64,000 nucleotides of DNA from the human T2T-CHM13v2.0 reference genome, Homo sapiens (GCF_009914755.1 NC_060937.1), one strand, 5' to 3'. Numbered from the stretch's first letter, positions 27,246 through 42,110 are shown. The notes: generated by a model not told the origin, from the sequence alone. Numbers and translations: made by a program.

Positions 27246-27626
27246 GATCCCTATCCTCCTTCCCTTCTGATGGATAAACTCATTCTCAAAGAATGTAAAA
27301 ATTTAAACTTTTCCTTATTGAGTTTTCAAATATCTCTCTGTTGTGTATGTTTATTTCTTTACGTTGCTCAGTTTCCTGATTCTCTGACTTATTAGCAACT
27401 CGGTAAGTACACATGACATAAATGTTTCTATTTTGAGTTTTTCTGCCAGAATAATGTGAATGCCATGGTTTTGTTTGTTTGTTTTTTAAAGAATGCTTAT
27501 GGCACCATATTCCATATTTGTCTTGTTCGTCCTTGACCTATGTTGCTGCTTCTCTGTCAGCTGGACAAAGAGAATGAATTTCTGTTTCATTGAGAATTGC
27601 CCTTTGAAGTCTGGGTGAAGTGGCTC

Positions 27627-27967
<341 letters not shown>

Positions 27968-28171
27968 TCATTTTGCCTTCTTGTTCTTTCCACCTCGCAC
28001 ACTCTCATCCTGCAGACCCCAGATTGTCAGCAGATTACTAACTGCAATCAAAAGAATCCTGAGTAATGCCAGTGTGTAGGATTTTAAGATCTAGAGTTGC
28101 TGTGGTGGAAACTGTTGATGGCAGGTTTCAGCATGCTCTGTGGATTCCCACCTCCCTCTAGTTCTCTTCCT

Positions 28172-28590
28172 GTTATGTTTGTTTCCCAGGGCTGTGATCA
28201 CAAAGTACCAAAACCTGGGTGGCTGAAAATAACAGAAATTTATTATTTCATGGTTGTGGAGACGAAGTCCAAAATCACAGTGTAGACTGGGCTATGCTCC
28301 TTCTGAAGTCTTTAAAGGAGAATAACTTCTTGCCTCTTCCAGCTTCTAGTGGTGACCTTCGATCTTTAGTGTTCCTTGTGTCTCTGTCTTTCCATGGTGT
28401 TATTCTTGTGTTTTCACATTATGTTATGTCTGTGTGTATTTGTGTCCAAATTTCTCCTTTTTATGAGGATAGTAGTTATGTTGGATTTGGTTTCATCCTA
28501 GAGTTAAATTGGTTACACCTACAGGGCCCTTATTTCCAAATAAGGTCATATTGTGAGATATTGGTTATATATGAGCTCAGGACTTCTTAC
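28172..28590 (-). mobile_element. MLT1B/C-like LTR
   Basis: caaagtacca..gggtggct..aacagaaatttatt; ttgcctcttccagcttct; tttccaaataaggtca. Confidence 0.75.
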
Positions 28591-29559
28591 TTCAAGTCTG
28601 TTCATCAGGGCAAACTTGTATTGATTCAGCAACGACCTTCATTTTCTCTTCAACTGTTAACCTCTCTACCTTAACCCTAAGAAATCCTGTGTGTCCTTGC
28701 TATCCCCTCCATCAACATTCTCTGGTCCCTCTGTCTTTATCTTTGGGATTTCTGTGACTCTGGCCTCTGCCCCCACTCTCTGACCAGCAGTTTTGGCTCC
28801 TGCTGGGTGCTTTCTCCTCTGCTCTTCTCTTTTGTTTCCTTGCAAGGACATTTCTTTTCCTTGCCCTTCTCCCTTCCATCTCACTCTCTTTGTTATTAAT
28901 TCTTTCAACACTGCAGCATCCTGGTCCCTGATATCATTTACCTATATTGAAAACTGGCTGGTAATTTCCATCTTCTTTGTTTATACATCAGCACAATTCT
29001 TTACCACTTTTTCTTGACACTCCTCTGTTTTTTTCAAAGCAACACACATAGCTTCCAGTGTATTTTAAATAGCCTTAAGACACCACTTTATACTGGAACA
29101 CAGCCCAGTTTCCTACCTCTGCTGCCTCTTCCAAACACGACGTGGGTCCCCTGGGGGATATTGCCTGTTCTTTCCCAAGCGCTGAGAGGTGCCCTCTTGC
29201 TAATGTTATGGCATGGTGCTTTTTCAACAAAACTTAAGGAGTCTAGTTGGCTGCTCTTTTAACAAGCTTAGTGCCCTTCCTGGGAGAGTTACTTGAACTC
29301 ATTTGAAAGATTACCTGGCTGATACTTCTGCCTGAAAGAATAACTATCCTAAAGTACCCGAGGTAGGTGAAAACCTAGCTTATATTTAAAACCTCCAGAA
29401 AAGGAGAATCAGTTTAACTCCCTTGATTAAAAATAATCCCCAATTTCAGGGCCCCATATTTTCTTCTGCTGTATTGTACATACTTATGTTCTGATTGATC
29501 TGATCTTCTTTATCACTTTTTAGGTACTATATGTGTGCTGGAAAATGTCAAATCTAATT

Positions 29560-30460
29560 CCCTTGGCTTAATACCTTGCCCAAGCTCCAGATCGATATTT
29601 TTAGTTCTCTGTCATCTCCCTGGGTGTCCTGAAGGCACTTTACACTTAGCATTCCTCCGTCCCTGCTGCCTTCTTCCTCTTGTAGTCTAGATTTTGGTTA
29701 CCAGCCTCAGTCACATCCCCCATCTCCCAAGTTATACAGCATTATCCCTGGTCGTGTCTCTAATCAGTTAGTGAACCCTACCATTCCAGCAGAGGAGGAC
29801 TATTTCTATTGTATTTCTGTTTTATTCTCATCCTCTTCCTCAACATTTCTCACTGAACTCCAGCATCTCTACCAGTCTTCCTCTCCAGTCCCTCTTCATC
29901 CCAATTCAAGTATACTTCTTTTGAAAAAGTAAAGTTGACCATGTAACTGTTTTTTCTTTGAAACTCTGTTGGTTTCCCATTGCCTGGGATCAATCTCTGA
30001 ACTCCATATGTTGTCATTCTGGGCTTCTCAAATCTGACTCTGACCTTCTCATTCTTCAAGCTCTGGCCCTCTACTCTCTCTCTCCACCCCCAAGCGTACG
30101 AAACTTTGCCAAACCAAGCCTCTCATTGTGTCTTGGAAACAACATACCGTTCATGCCTTTGCACTTTTGCATATACTGTTTCCTTTGCTTGAGATGCCCT
30201 TTCCTCCCTTCATTACCAGACAAATTCCTTCTCGCCTTTGAGACCTAGTGCAATGTTAAATTCTTGGTAATAGTAGTAATAGAATCCCCCTTGCTAGAGT
30301 TGATGTTCCTCTGTACGGCATCCCATGGTACTTTATTCACAGTTGCATGGTACTACTCTGTACTTTATAATTTCCTTTGCCTCCTTCATTAGACTATTCA
30401 CTCACCAACAGCTAGTACACAGTGCCTGGTGTTCAACAGGAAAGCCATGAATGTAACTCA
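29560..30460 (+). mobile_element. L2 fragment(s)
   Basis: aagctccagat; gcctttgcac; agtacacagtgcctgg. Confidence 0.6.
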
Positions 30461-30600
30461 ACTCTATGTCTTTTTATCTCTTTACCTTCCTTCCCTTCTT
30501 TTTTTCTCCCCTTAGAGAAAAATTTGAGATAGTGTTTCAAAATCTACATTGTACAAACTATCAAAAAACAAACTAGCTGAGGTTTTAAAAAAGGTGGTGG

Positions 30601-30991
30601 CAGTGGATACTGCTCAGCCATAAAAAAGAATGAAATCCTGTCTTTTGCAGCAACATGGACAGAATTGGAGGCCATTATCTTAAGTGAAACCAGTCAGACA
30701 CAGAAAAACAAATACCATGTGTTCTCACTTACCTGTGGGAACTAAATAATGTGTACCTATGGACGTGGAGTGTGGAATGATGGACAGTGGAGGCTTGGAG
30801 GAGTGGGGGTGAGGTGGGAAGGGGCTGGATGATGGGAAGTTGTTTGGTGGGTACAGTGTGCATTGCTGTAGTGTTGCAGACACTGAAGGCTCTGACTTCA
30901 TCATAATTCAATGTATCAATGTAGCAAAATTGCACTTTTACCCCACAAATACAATCACATAAAAAATAAGATTTGAAAATCAAATTAAAAA
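30601..30991 (+). mobile_element. 5'-truncated L1PB4-like 3' end
   Basis: cagccataaaaaagaatgaaatc...aaataatgtgtac..gagtgtggaat..A-tail; TSD aaaaaaggt(g/a)gtgg at 30587-30600 / 30992-31005. Confidence 0.88.
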
Positions 30992-31479
30992 AAAAAAGGT
31001 AGTGGGATCAAGTGAGGGATGGGGTTAGTGTATCTCCTGCCTGTCTTGAGTAGCCCAGCACTAGAGATGGCTGCAGAACTTTTTTTGAGCTTCCCAGCAG
31101 CACAAACAGAGGGTACAAGATCAGTTTATATAATTATTAGTATCTATGTAACAAAATAACTCATTTCTCTGGGAAACAGCAACCACTCTAAATCCTGAGA
31201 CCTGAGAGAAGTTTCTCATGAGGGCATATGTGATTTAGTGAACACTGCCATCTTCTCCCTCTGATTTCCTGGCTGAGCTATGGAAAAATCGTATAATATT
31301 TGTCCAGTCTCTACATTAATGAGTTTTAATGAGGAAACAAATATATTTTGTTCTAGTCTGTGTCTGATAGGCAGGGACAGAAAAAAAGAGTAGAGAGGAG
31401 AGAGTCACCATTTTTGGACTAAAAGCCCTGACAGATTCATTCATTCACTCATTCATTCATCAAACAATAACTCTTAATT

Positions 31480-32300
31480 AAATGACCACTTTATAGGAAA
31501 TTTCCCTTATACCCCTATTGCGCAATCTCTCCTATCTTAAAATTCGGCTGGAAATTATCTTACCACATATCAGCTCTTTCAAATCAGAGGCCAGAGGATG
31601 CATCGCCTAAATTGCTTTTTAAGGATTCAGCACTCAGGCTGGAGGTTTTTCAGTGGCAGCTAATGGTTGTCATAGGGAGGAACAAAAATGGCTCTTGGAC
31701 ATGCTTTGTTTTAAGCGTCCAGGGAACATTTTCTGGCTCTGGAAAGATTGCTTTCACAGAGCAATTTTAGCCATTATCAACTGAGAATAAAACCTACTTT
31801 ACAAAATTAAATTAGCTAGTCTTCCCTCCCAGATTCATTTTTCCTCCTTTAGTGCGATGAAACCCATCTCTATTTAGCAGGCCATGTAACCTCTCCTACC
31901 TCGTTGTTCAAATCATTTAGTAAAATAAAAAGGCTTTAAAAAAGGAGGTTGCAAATATAAACACCAGTGCAATTAAGATCTCGACTCCATTACATTAATA
32001 TAACTACTTTGCGTGGAGTTCATTATGATGCGCATCAGGGTTTTAATGTTTTCTCCGGTTTAGTGCTGTCCTTAGTTAGAAGGAAACAGCCTGCTCTAGG
32101 AAACAATTGCCTCTTGGGTTGGAAAATAGTTTGAATAGGATTCCATTGTGATTAATTAAACTCACACTTGATAAAGTAGAGAGAACCAAACAGTTGTTCT
32201 TCAAATTGACAGTGTATTCAGTAAATAAAAAAATTTATAACACCAAATTTAAATTTTTGTGATGTAATAATATAGTATGGAAATCACTCATCTTTATTTT
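31480..32300. promoter_or_regulatory. Candidate conserved non-coding element / enhancer
   Basis: No recognisable repeat, retained CpGs, many TAAT/ATTA cores, a kB site (31496-31506) and a C/EBP palindrome (31517-31526). Conservation is inferred. Confidence 0.5.
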
Positions 32301-32993
32301 TCTCTTTTTGCTGAAAACATGGTGAGCCTTTATTTTTTTTCCTATGCCAAAAATAGAGGCACAAACAAGAATGAGGGAAATTGAAAAAAAGGACTTAATT
32401 AGTGAGCGCCGGCATGATAATATGGATATAAGCCTTTATTTTCTCTCCATTACCCTCAAATTATTTCTCTCAAACATTTTATCAGACAATTCTTCTTCAC
32501 AGTCAGCTCTAAATGTGTGCTGCCTCCATGAGGAGGGGCCGTCCATCTTTCTCCCTGCATAACAGCCTCCCTTCCTGGAAATCAGTCACCAAACTGAAAA
32601 GCAGCTCCTCTCCCCTTTCAGTTCCTCTCCTGACCTAACCCACGCCTCCACTCCACTCAGCAGGGCCTTCAGGAAATAACCATTGTCAGCCCTTAGAATA
32701 TGAGGCAAGCTACGTCAGTGATATTAGAGAACTGTAACTAACGTGTCTGAAAGGAGAATAATGAGCCCTGCTTTGAAAAATGTCATTTTCACTCAGCCTC
32801 TCCTTCTCTCCGTCTCTCTATTTTGTCTTTGCCTTGTTTTCCTCTCTCCTTATGCCTTTCTTTGTGCCTGTGTTTTTCTGTGTCTGTCCATCCTCCTTAG
32901 TAGGTCCATCCGTTTCCTCTCCCTGAGCACCACCTCATCCCGGCATCCTTCTTTGCTTTCTCTCTCTCCCTCCTCCCTTCTCCTCTCCTCTTA

Positions 32994-33341
<348 letters not shown>

Positions 33342-33736
33342 ATCCTTGAAGCCAAATAAAGAGTGATGGAGCATGTCTCTGGAGAGTGTCTTGAATTAAC
33401 TGGCAAGACTCAGGAACAGCTATTAATGAATCAAGGCAGCTAGCTCCCCAGGGTCAGCCAGTGTTACTGGGGCAGCACATTCAAATACTTTTGGTCGTCA
33501 TTGAGAAGCTCAGTTTGGGCCTTAAGTGCTGATTTCTCTTCTGATGGAGTGTTGCTCCCAAGGCTACAGCAGGATCTGTGTGATACTTAAAGTTACCTCT
33601 CTTGGTGTTGTCCATTGTTGACACTGTCACCACCAAGGCATAGCCCACAGTGAGCTCTATGAGCTGACTCAGCTAGAGAGCAACATGGACCTGAGGTAGG
33701 TGGGGACAGGATTTAAACTTTCCTTAGCCATTAGGG

Positions 33737-33964
33737 TAGGGGTGTCCAATCTTTTGGCTTCCCTGGGCCACACTGGAAGAAGAAGAATTGTCTTGGGCCA
33801 CACATAAAATACACTAACACTAACAATAGATGATTAGCAACAAACAAAGAAAAACACACAAAAAAATCACAATGTTTTAAGAAAGTTTATGAATTTATGT
33901 TGGGCTACATTCAAAGCTGTCCTGAGCCACATGCGGCCTGCAGGCTGCACATTGGACAAGCTTG
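33737..33964 (+). mobile_element. MER30 hAT-Charlie MITE
   Basis: aggggtgtccaatcttttggcttccctgggccac...ttggacaagcttg; 8-bp TSD cattaggg/ctttaggg. Confidence 0.92.
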
Positions 33965-36015
33965 CTTTAGGGTGTACCAAAGAAATATGTCCCCTTAAAC
34001 ACCTTCTACATTTTGGAGGAAAGCCAGCTTCTCACAGGGGACTGGTAGCTTTCTGATAAACAGCCTACTGGGCTAAGACACCCATAAGCATACTTGTTTG
34101 CTCGTGATGTGCAGGCTTGAGAAACAGAATTACCAAAGCATTCTGCAAATCCAAAGAGATGAAATACGATAGAAACTTTATTGATTTGGCACGCTTGACT
34201 TTCCCTTTCTGAGCTTTTGATGAATGTCTAGAACGAATGTATAACAAACACCCGTGGTCTAACTGCTGTCTACTGATTTCTGATTCTTTTTCCCTCTGTG
34301 ACTTCACAGACCTTGTTTTACAGACTCTTCAAGACAGTTGAAATAATTTATTTTTAAAGAATAATTTATAAAATGAAAACTAAACCCAGGTTTTAGCCTT
34401 GTTCACCTAGCAAGAATAGAGGAAAAGAGTTAAAAATACTTTTAAAGTCTAGCTATTAGGGAATATAGCAGCTAAAAATTTACTTACTCTTACTTCTTAC
34501 AATCTTTCAGTCCTTGGTGCCATCTATAAAGTTAGAAAAACAAGACTTAGAAAATCCTCAGGTCAGTTCAGTCTAAAACATATTTATTAACTATTATGTA
34601 CCAGGTACTGATGAAGGGCAGGGATCCTGGGGTAAGTAGGACATGGTTCTTGCCCTCAAAGAGCTCACAGTCTTCATGGACCTTCCAGAGATTGTATGAG
34701 GAAAGTGCTGAGTAAATGTCACTTCTCTTCTTTTTACCTTGATATAAGGACTTTCTAAGGACAGTGGGCAAACACTCATTAGAATCCTTTCTTATCTTAA
34801 ATGGTCAGGTTTCTTCCTATTTGTTTTGTGTTCTTGGTAAAGTGGTAGCATCTCTGTACTCATATACCACTTTGCATATACTTTTACTTCCAAACTGTGA
34901 CCAGGGCATGTTTGTTAAATGCATGCATGCATGAGGGCCTGAATTGTTTTGCAATTACTTTTTAAAATCAATTTGTCTTTTACTTTGGACTCTATGAACT
35001 CTTTCAGGAAGAGAAGGCCATGTCTTTCTCATGTTTGTGTCCCCAAATAATATGTGCTCACAAAATCTCTTGGAGTTACATTTAATTTCATGCCTCCTTT
35101 TTGGGTGAAAAATGGGATGCTTTTCTCCTGGCCCTCATCCCGAACACACTGGGTGTGGGATTGTTGTGAGGACATATAAAGTGTGGATCTCAGTGGATCT
35201 GCGTAGCTTGGAAAGCGTGGTTTTGGGGGTGAGTGGTGGCAGCTATCATACATTATGAACAAGCATGGCAGTGTGTTTCTGGGTGTTCTGCTCTGAAGCG
35301 TTTCTGCAGAGACCAATTCTTAGCAACAATTAAGTAAGCATTTTTTTCTTCCTTCTGCCAGCTGTGAAATGAAGGTGTTGGCTACCTTCTGGTTTCCTCT
35401 AAATTAGCATACCCCTCTCTTGGTTGCAGATATTGTATATAAATCCTCTGTGGGTGCTTGTTCATTAGCTCCATGAAGTTTCTTTGGGTCTCTCCTCCCT
35501 TCCTTCTCTCAGAATCTCCCTGACATAAGCTCCTCATGGTTCCTAACCCTTCAGGCTTATCACTTTGTCTCATTGTCCTCTTGCCTGGTTTAGAGGTGGT
35601 AGCCTGATTTTGGAATTCTTAAGATACTACTGCAATGAAGAGCCTCTACATTTTACTTCTTAACAGTGACCCAGAGGTACCTCACCCCAGTTTCATCTTT
35701 GGTCCAGGGAATAGAACAGCCTAGGGCTCTTCACCTTGTTCTGTATCTGTGGAGAAAGCTGTGATTCCCCTAGGATGAGCTGATGTTCAGAATGAGTACA
35801 GCTTTCTCAACTGGAGGTGTAGGAGTAGGGGAAGATTATGGGTGGATCTAAGGTAAGCATCTTTCCTTCTTACTCACAGGACACACAGCTAGCCTTGCTT
35901 TCATCCAGGTATACAGCAGAAGAGGTTTGTGGATGTCATTTGCATCTCCTTGCTAAAGATAGGCAGCAAGTTCATATGCTGGCTCCTAGAAGGGAAAAGT
36001 TGGGAAATGCCATAA

Positions 36016-36507
<492 letters not shown>

Positions 36508-38495
36508 TAAGGGTTTTGGAGAGTGGTTGGCAGGGCCAACTTAAGGGCCTGGCTCTGTAACTCTTTCTCATTTTTCAGGTGTCTCCTTAGCCCTTGGGAA
36601 GGCTTCTAGATGCCCAAATGCTGGGTTCTGTGTGCCCCCTTAACACACTGTGCCTACAATTCTGCCAGCCCCCAGCCCATCCAAGGCCCATGTTTGTGAG
36701 ACCGTAACAGTACTGAATGCAGGGGCTGCTGCTTTTCCTGCATGTGCCTGCAGATATGTAATGTCACACAGACATTACGGGCATTCACTGGGGACTTGCT
36801 GAATGAGTATATTAGGCAGATCCTTTATAGCACAGGTGGTCCACTCTAGGAAAAGCCCTGCCACCTCAAAATGTCTCCAAGGTAACTTGTGCCCAGAATG
36901 TGCCCATGGAGTATTAACTTTAGGGTTTACATTTTTCTCCCTAATTCCTACACAAAGTCTGTGAATGAACACAATACCTTCTCTTCATGAATTTATAAAG
37001 GCCACCCTTGTCCTAGTTCCTAGCAAAGGCACATCTTCGATGAGTACTATTTCCCTTTTGATGATATGCAGGCAACCCTGGAAGAAGTGGCATTTTACAC
37101 TGTCCAACAGGAATTAGATAAAAATCTGGAGAAATTTGTGGAGCAGATTGTTGTACCAGGAGAGAGCACATAGAAAATTAAATAAGTTAATATTTGAAAA
37201 GCACATAGTCAACACTATATAAGTCTTTTTAAATGGAGAAACAAAGTGTTACTGCTGTTATTGTTATTATTAGACATTAAAACATTATGCAGACTAGAAC
37301 ATTATTGCTTAAACTACCGAAGTTCTGATATTTCAAAGAGAAAATGTTTTACATTTTGGAAGTCTCCAAAATATAACATGGAAGTACTCTTGGCTTGAGG
37401 TTTATTCTATTTAACACCTTTCAATAGGGCAACATCTGGATGTTATCAAGGCTTGGCAAGATGAGATGCCAAAATTACAAATTCTGGAAATGCTGTGCAT
37501 TAGGCACTCTTGTCTTTGCCTGTAATTGCCTTAAAGATATAAAAGAGCCTGATTGTAATAACTCCCCTAGTGTAACTATTCTTCATTTCTATTCCACAAG
37601 AGAAGATAGCAGGAAGTAATATCACTCTAAGGGTATGAGTACGGAGAGAAGGAGCTAATCCTTAAATATGTGTGCCCTGCATCTCAAATAAGCCCTGAAC
37701 AACAGTGTGAAAGGATTACGGGTAATCTTATATATATCCCTTAACCTATTAACTGGAATAATTGTTGCACTAAGATAAGACGCCCCTAAGTATTCCAGGC
37801 TAGGTGGCCCTAGGTCAGAAAGCATTTATTATTTATTTCCTAAAGTCCTGTTCTCCAGTGATAGGGACGGAAATTTGGCAGACTGGGTCTCCCCTTGTCA
37901 AGCAAGTGAAATGGTTGTTTCATTTTTAATCTGGATCCTTTGCCCTGACAGATAAATCTGAAGAGTGCTGTTAAGAATGTGATGAATTGGGCTTCTGGTG
38001 ATGTCTGTGGGAAAGGGAGCAAGATACAGCAGCCTGGAACTACTTTCATTGCACACAATTGCAGGTCTTTTAAAATGGTAGAGCCAACCATTGCCGAGAA
38101 GACTTAAGCAAGGAGAAAAGTTTGTCTCAAACATGCCTTGAATTCTGTCAGTGCACTTCATCTCTCATTTCAGGGAATGTGTTGAGGGTCTTTGGATTGA
38201 GCTGGAATGATGGAGAACACTTGAGTACTATTGTGTCTGAGTTAGTTTTGCCCCTGGGTACCATGACACTTTGTGAGCAGAGAAATGGGTGCTTCTGTGT
38301 TACAGTTCAACAGCTCTAGCTGGAGGTGAGCTGTGTAACACAGAGAGGGTAAGGCATGTCTGAGTCACTCTTGGTACCACGTGGCTAGGTACCATGCTGC
38401 CAAGCATAAAGATAAGCAGCAGTTTAATCCTTATTTGAGTAATCTGACCTGAGGAGATAGCCAAACTGTGTGATTACCATTCCCAACTAGACTTT

Positions 38496-38805
<310 letters not shown>

Positions 38806-38816
38806 TCACAATAGTA

Positions 38817-39160
38817 TAGTCATGAGCCGCATAATGACATTTCTGTCCAACACAGACTGCCTATATGATGGTGGTCCCATAGATTACAACACTGTTTTTA
38901 CTGTACCTTTTCTATGTTTAGGTATGTTTGTATATACAAATACCATTGTGTTACAATTACCTACCACATTCAGTACAGTAACATTCTGTACAGGTTTGTA
39001 GCCTAGAAGCAATAGACTATGCCATATGGCCTAGGGTTGTAATAGGCTATACTATCATCTAGGTTTGTGTAAGTACATGCCATGATGTTCACACAATGAT
39101 GAAATTGCCTAACAACACATTTCTCAGAACATATCCCCATCATTAAGTGAGACATGACTA
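38817..39160. mobile_element. Tigger3a/MER7A (TcMar-Tigger)
   Basis: Inverted termini tagtcatg...catgacta; ggtggtcccat; tgtacaggtttgtagcctag. Confidence 0.9.
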
Positions 39161-39599
39161 ATAGTTTGGACAGGGAAAACTTAATACCACATAAAAATAA
39201 GGAACTAATTAAAGGGTATTATCTACTAAGAAGTATAAAGGGAATTCTCAAGAAAACTGGGGTAAGACGCAGGGAGCAGTCACTAGGCATAGGGCTGAAA
39301 GACAGTATTCAAAGAAAGTATAACCTTGAAGGAAGTCCTTCCAGTTCAGTTTCAAGGCTGTGATTCATTTAATGTGGTCTAGTAGATGTCAGAGAAGTCC
39401 ACTGAAGTGATGCAGGATGGGCTGCCGAGCAGGAAGCCACCTGTTGTGGTGAGGGTGAAACTCTTTGGAGGGTTTGTGTCATCAGGTCTTCTGCATGCCC
39501 CTACCAAGGGAGCTGCTGGTTGGCAAGGAGACAGCTCATTGTTTTCTAAGAACAGAGCTGGAACCAGAAGAGAAGCCCCTTCCTTGTGCAGTGTCCCTC

Positions 39600-39618
39600 T
39601 AGCGCCCTCTACTGACAA
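39600..39618 (-). promoter_or_regulatory. CTCF motif
   Basis: Reverse complement ttgtcagtagagggcgcta matches the CTCF core CCASYAGRKGGCRS at all but one position. Confidence 0.65.
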
Positions 39619-40330
39619 GGTCTAACATTGTGCCCGCTAACGAAAGAAATTAGGTCCAGCTCCAGTTATCATAATGTAGGGCAGAAAAGGGCATATGTGG
39701 GGTTCAGAGACAGTAAATTGGAACAGGCATAGGTGGGGAAGTAAAGGTTGTCTTAGAGAGGGGAGAGGAGGTTGGAGTGGGTGGAGCTGCGGATAAATTA
39801 GGATGAGACTAAGCGATGCACAGACCATGGTCCTGAAGTGTGGCTGAAAGAGTGGGGATGGAAAGGAGGGGGAATTAGAAGAATACTCAGGGGATGTAAT
39901 AAATAGGTCTCTGTGGCGGATGAGCCAGAGACGGGCCAGAGGGAAGTGGCAGGCATGCTCCCTATGTTTGGTGGCTTTCCTATCTGAGAAAAATGGCAGG
40001 TTTGGGCTTCAAGGAAGATAATGAATTGTTTGGACTTCTCAATTTATGGTACCTGTAGACTATCCTAAAATTCAGAATTTCCTGGAAAAAGCACAACAGA
40101 TTCAAATATTCAAATACCCAAATATGTAGTGGAGCTATAGAGTTCCACAACTGATACAAAACTCACATGCAAAGAAAAGGAATGAAAAACAAATTTCCAC
40201 CTTAAGAAGAAATTCAACAAAATTTATTTTCAGAAATAAACTTCCTTCAAATTTATAAAAATCTAATGAATTTCCATTCAAGCTTGGAGCTGCAGTACTT
40301 TTTTATAATATGGGAAGTTGTAATTTAATT

Positions 40331-40445
40331 TTTTAAAAGATTGAGAGGTGGGATTTCACTATGTTGCCCAGGCTGGACTTGAACTCCTGGGCTCAAGGGA
40401 TGCTCCCATCAACTTCTGGAGTAGCTGGGATTACAGGTGTGCACA
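40331..40445 (-). mobile_element. AluJ/FLAM fragment
   Basis: cactatgttgcccaggctgg..gaactcctgggctcaag..gctgggattacagg. Confidence 0.8.
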
Positions 40446-41729
40446 GAAACTGTAATTTGAATAAAGATCACCATTAAAGTTCAGTGTATTTGTGCGTGTG
40501 TTTCTGTGTTTGGAGTTTTGTTGTTGTTTTGTACAGAAAGAAACTTAAAAATCTGTATATAATTTCCAACTGAATGAACTTTCTATATTAAACAGAGTAG
40601 AAAATATAATATTTTTACAGGCTGTTACATTTTATTGCAGGCCAAAAGCTGTCTCACTCTTTCTGTATATATACACATATACCCAAAGGAAGGAGGTGGA
40701 GCTAATGGGCTGAGAAGTCAAAAAACAAAACAAAACAAGTGTAATTTTTCCTTAGCGCTCATTTCTCGAACCACACATTGTAGCACTTGGTTGTATTTTG
40801 TATTTTTCTATTTTGTGTCCAGTTGCTTTCTGTATATAAGTCCTGCTTCCTCTTTCATACTTATTCCTAGAGGGCAGGACAGATACCACATGCTATTTAT
40901 TCTTCACAATTTAATAAGAACTTATCAATAAAGAATTCATTTTTATTGTTCAACACAGGCTTACTAAGCATCATTCTGAGCCAACACATGCCTAGGTGAT
41001 CCTTGGAACAAGCATGAAAAACACACAGTTCCTGTCCTTGAGGAACTCATGATTTAAATGAAGAAAAATGTAAATGAGACCATTTTGATAAAATATAGTT
41101 GGATGCTTAAAGTGATAATCCATTCTTTGGTCAGACTCTTGAATTTTGAATGGATCTTTGAAATAAGGATCCAGGAAGTACCATCCATTCTTTCCACCAA
41201 AGTTTGTGAGTTTACTGGGTATCAGACACAGTGTGGGATAATCAGAACTCCAGTAGTATTTATATGTAAAAATCAAATGAATGTTCCCATATTATATGGA
41301 ATTGTACTGGAGAGGACATCAGAACAGTCTAAAGCTTTATAAACTTGACAAGAACGCTGGGAAGAATAACGAGTTAATCTTCCACAAAATGCTTTGAACA
41401 CAGAAAGTACCAACATAAGTGCTAATTATTATTATTAGCCCCAAGACCTTTTTCCCTGTACTGTTAGATCCATCATAAAATTGCTTAACTTCAAGGGAAA
41501 GTATTGTTCTTTACATGAGCACTTTTTGTGAAGTCAAATGTTAATATATGCATTTATGGAAAAAACACATCTTTCATTATTCTTTTTATCCTCCCTAGAG
41601 GGAAGACATTGTGTCATTTATCTACTCTGTAAGGTCCCTAGCAAAGCAATGTGCATTTTGTTGCTCTATGTTGGCAATGGCTGGCTTGCCTTAAGAAGAA
41701 GCAAAATGTATATTTAGAATCTTATCTGG

Positions 41730-41921
41730 GGCCAGGCATGGTGGCATGCATCTGTAGTCCCAGGTACTGGGGAGGCTGTGGTGGGAGGATCACCTGAGCC
41801 CCTGGGAAATCGAGGCTGCGGTGAGCTGTGATCTCATCACTGCACTCCAACCTTGGTGATGAAGCGAGACCCTGTCTCAAAACAAACAAAAAAAATCCAA
41901 CAACAACAGAAAAAACCCCAA
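41730..41921 (+). mobile_element. Free right Alu monomer (FRAM-like)
   Basis: Single right-arm monomer with its own TSD agaatctta(t/g)ct. Confidence 0.85.
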
Positions 41922-41974
41922 AGAATCTTAGCTAGGACTACAAACTAGTGAGATTTAAAAATAACAGAACTTAG

Positions 41975-42110
41975 ATAAACTAAAAATATTTGCATTTTAA
42001 AGTGGTTACCGGGGAGACTATAGAGTCTACATTATCAGAGATCTGTCATCACTCCAAATATTTTGGTTCTTGTCATCTGGAATTGCTTTCAAAACCACTT
42101 GTGAAAACCA
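41975..42110. mobile_element. MARNA-like mariner relic
   Basis: ggggagactata..ctgtcatcactccaaatattttgg..tggaattgctttca. Confidence 0.4.
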
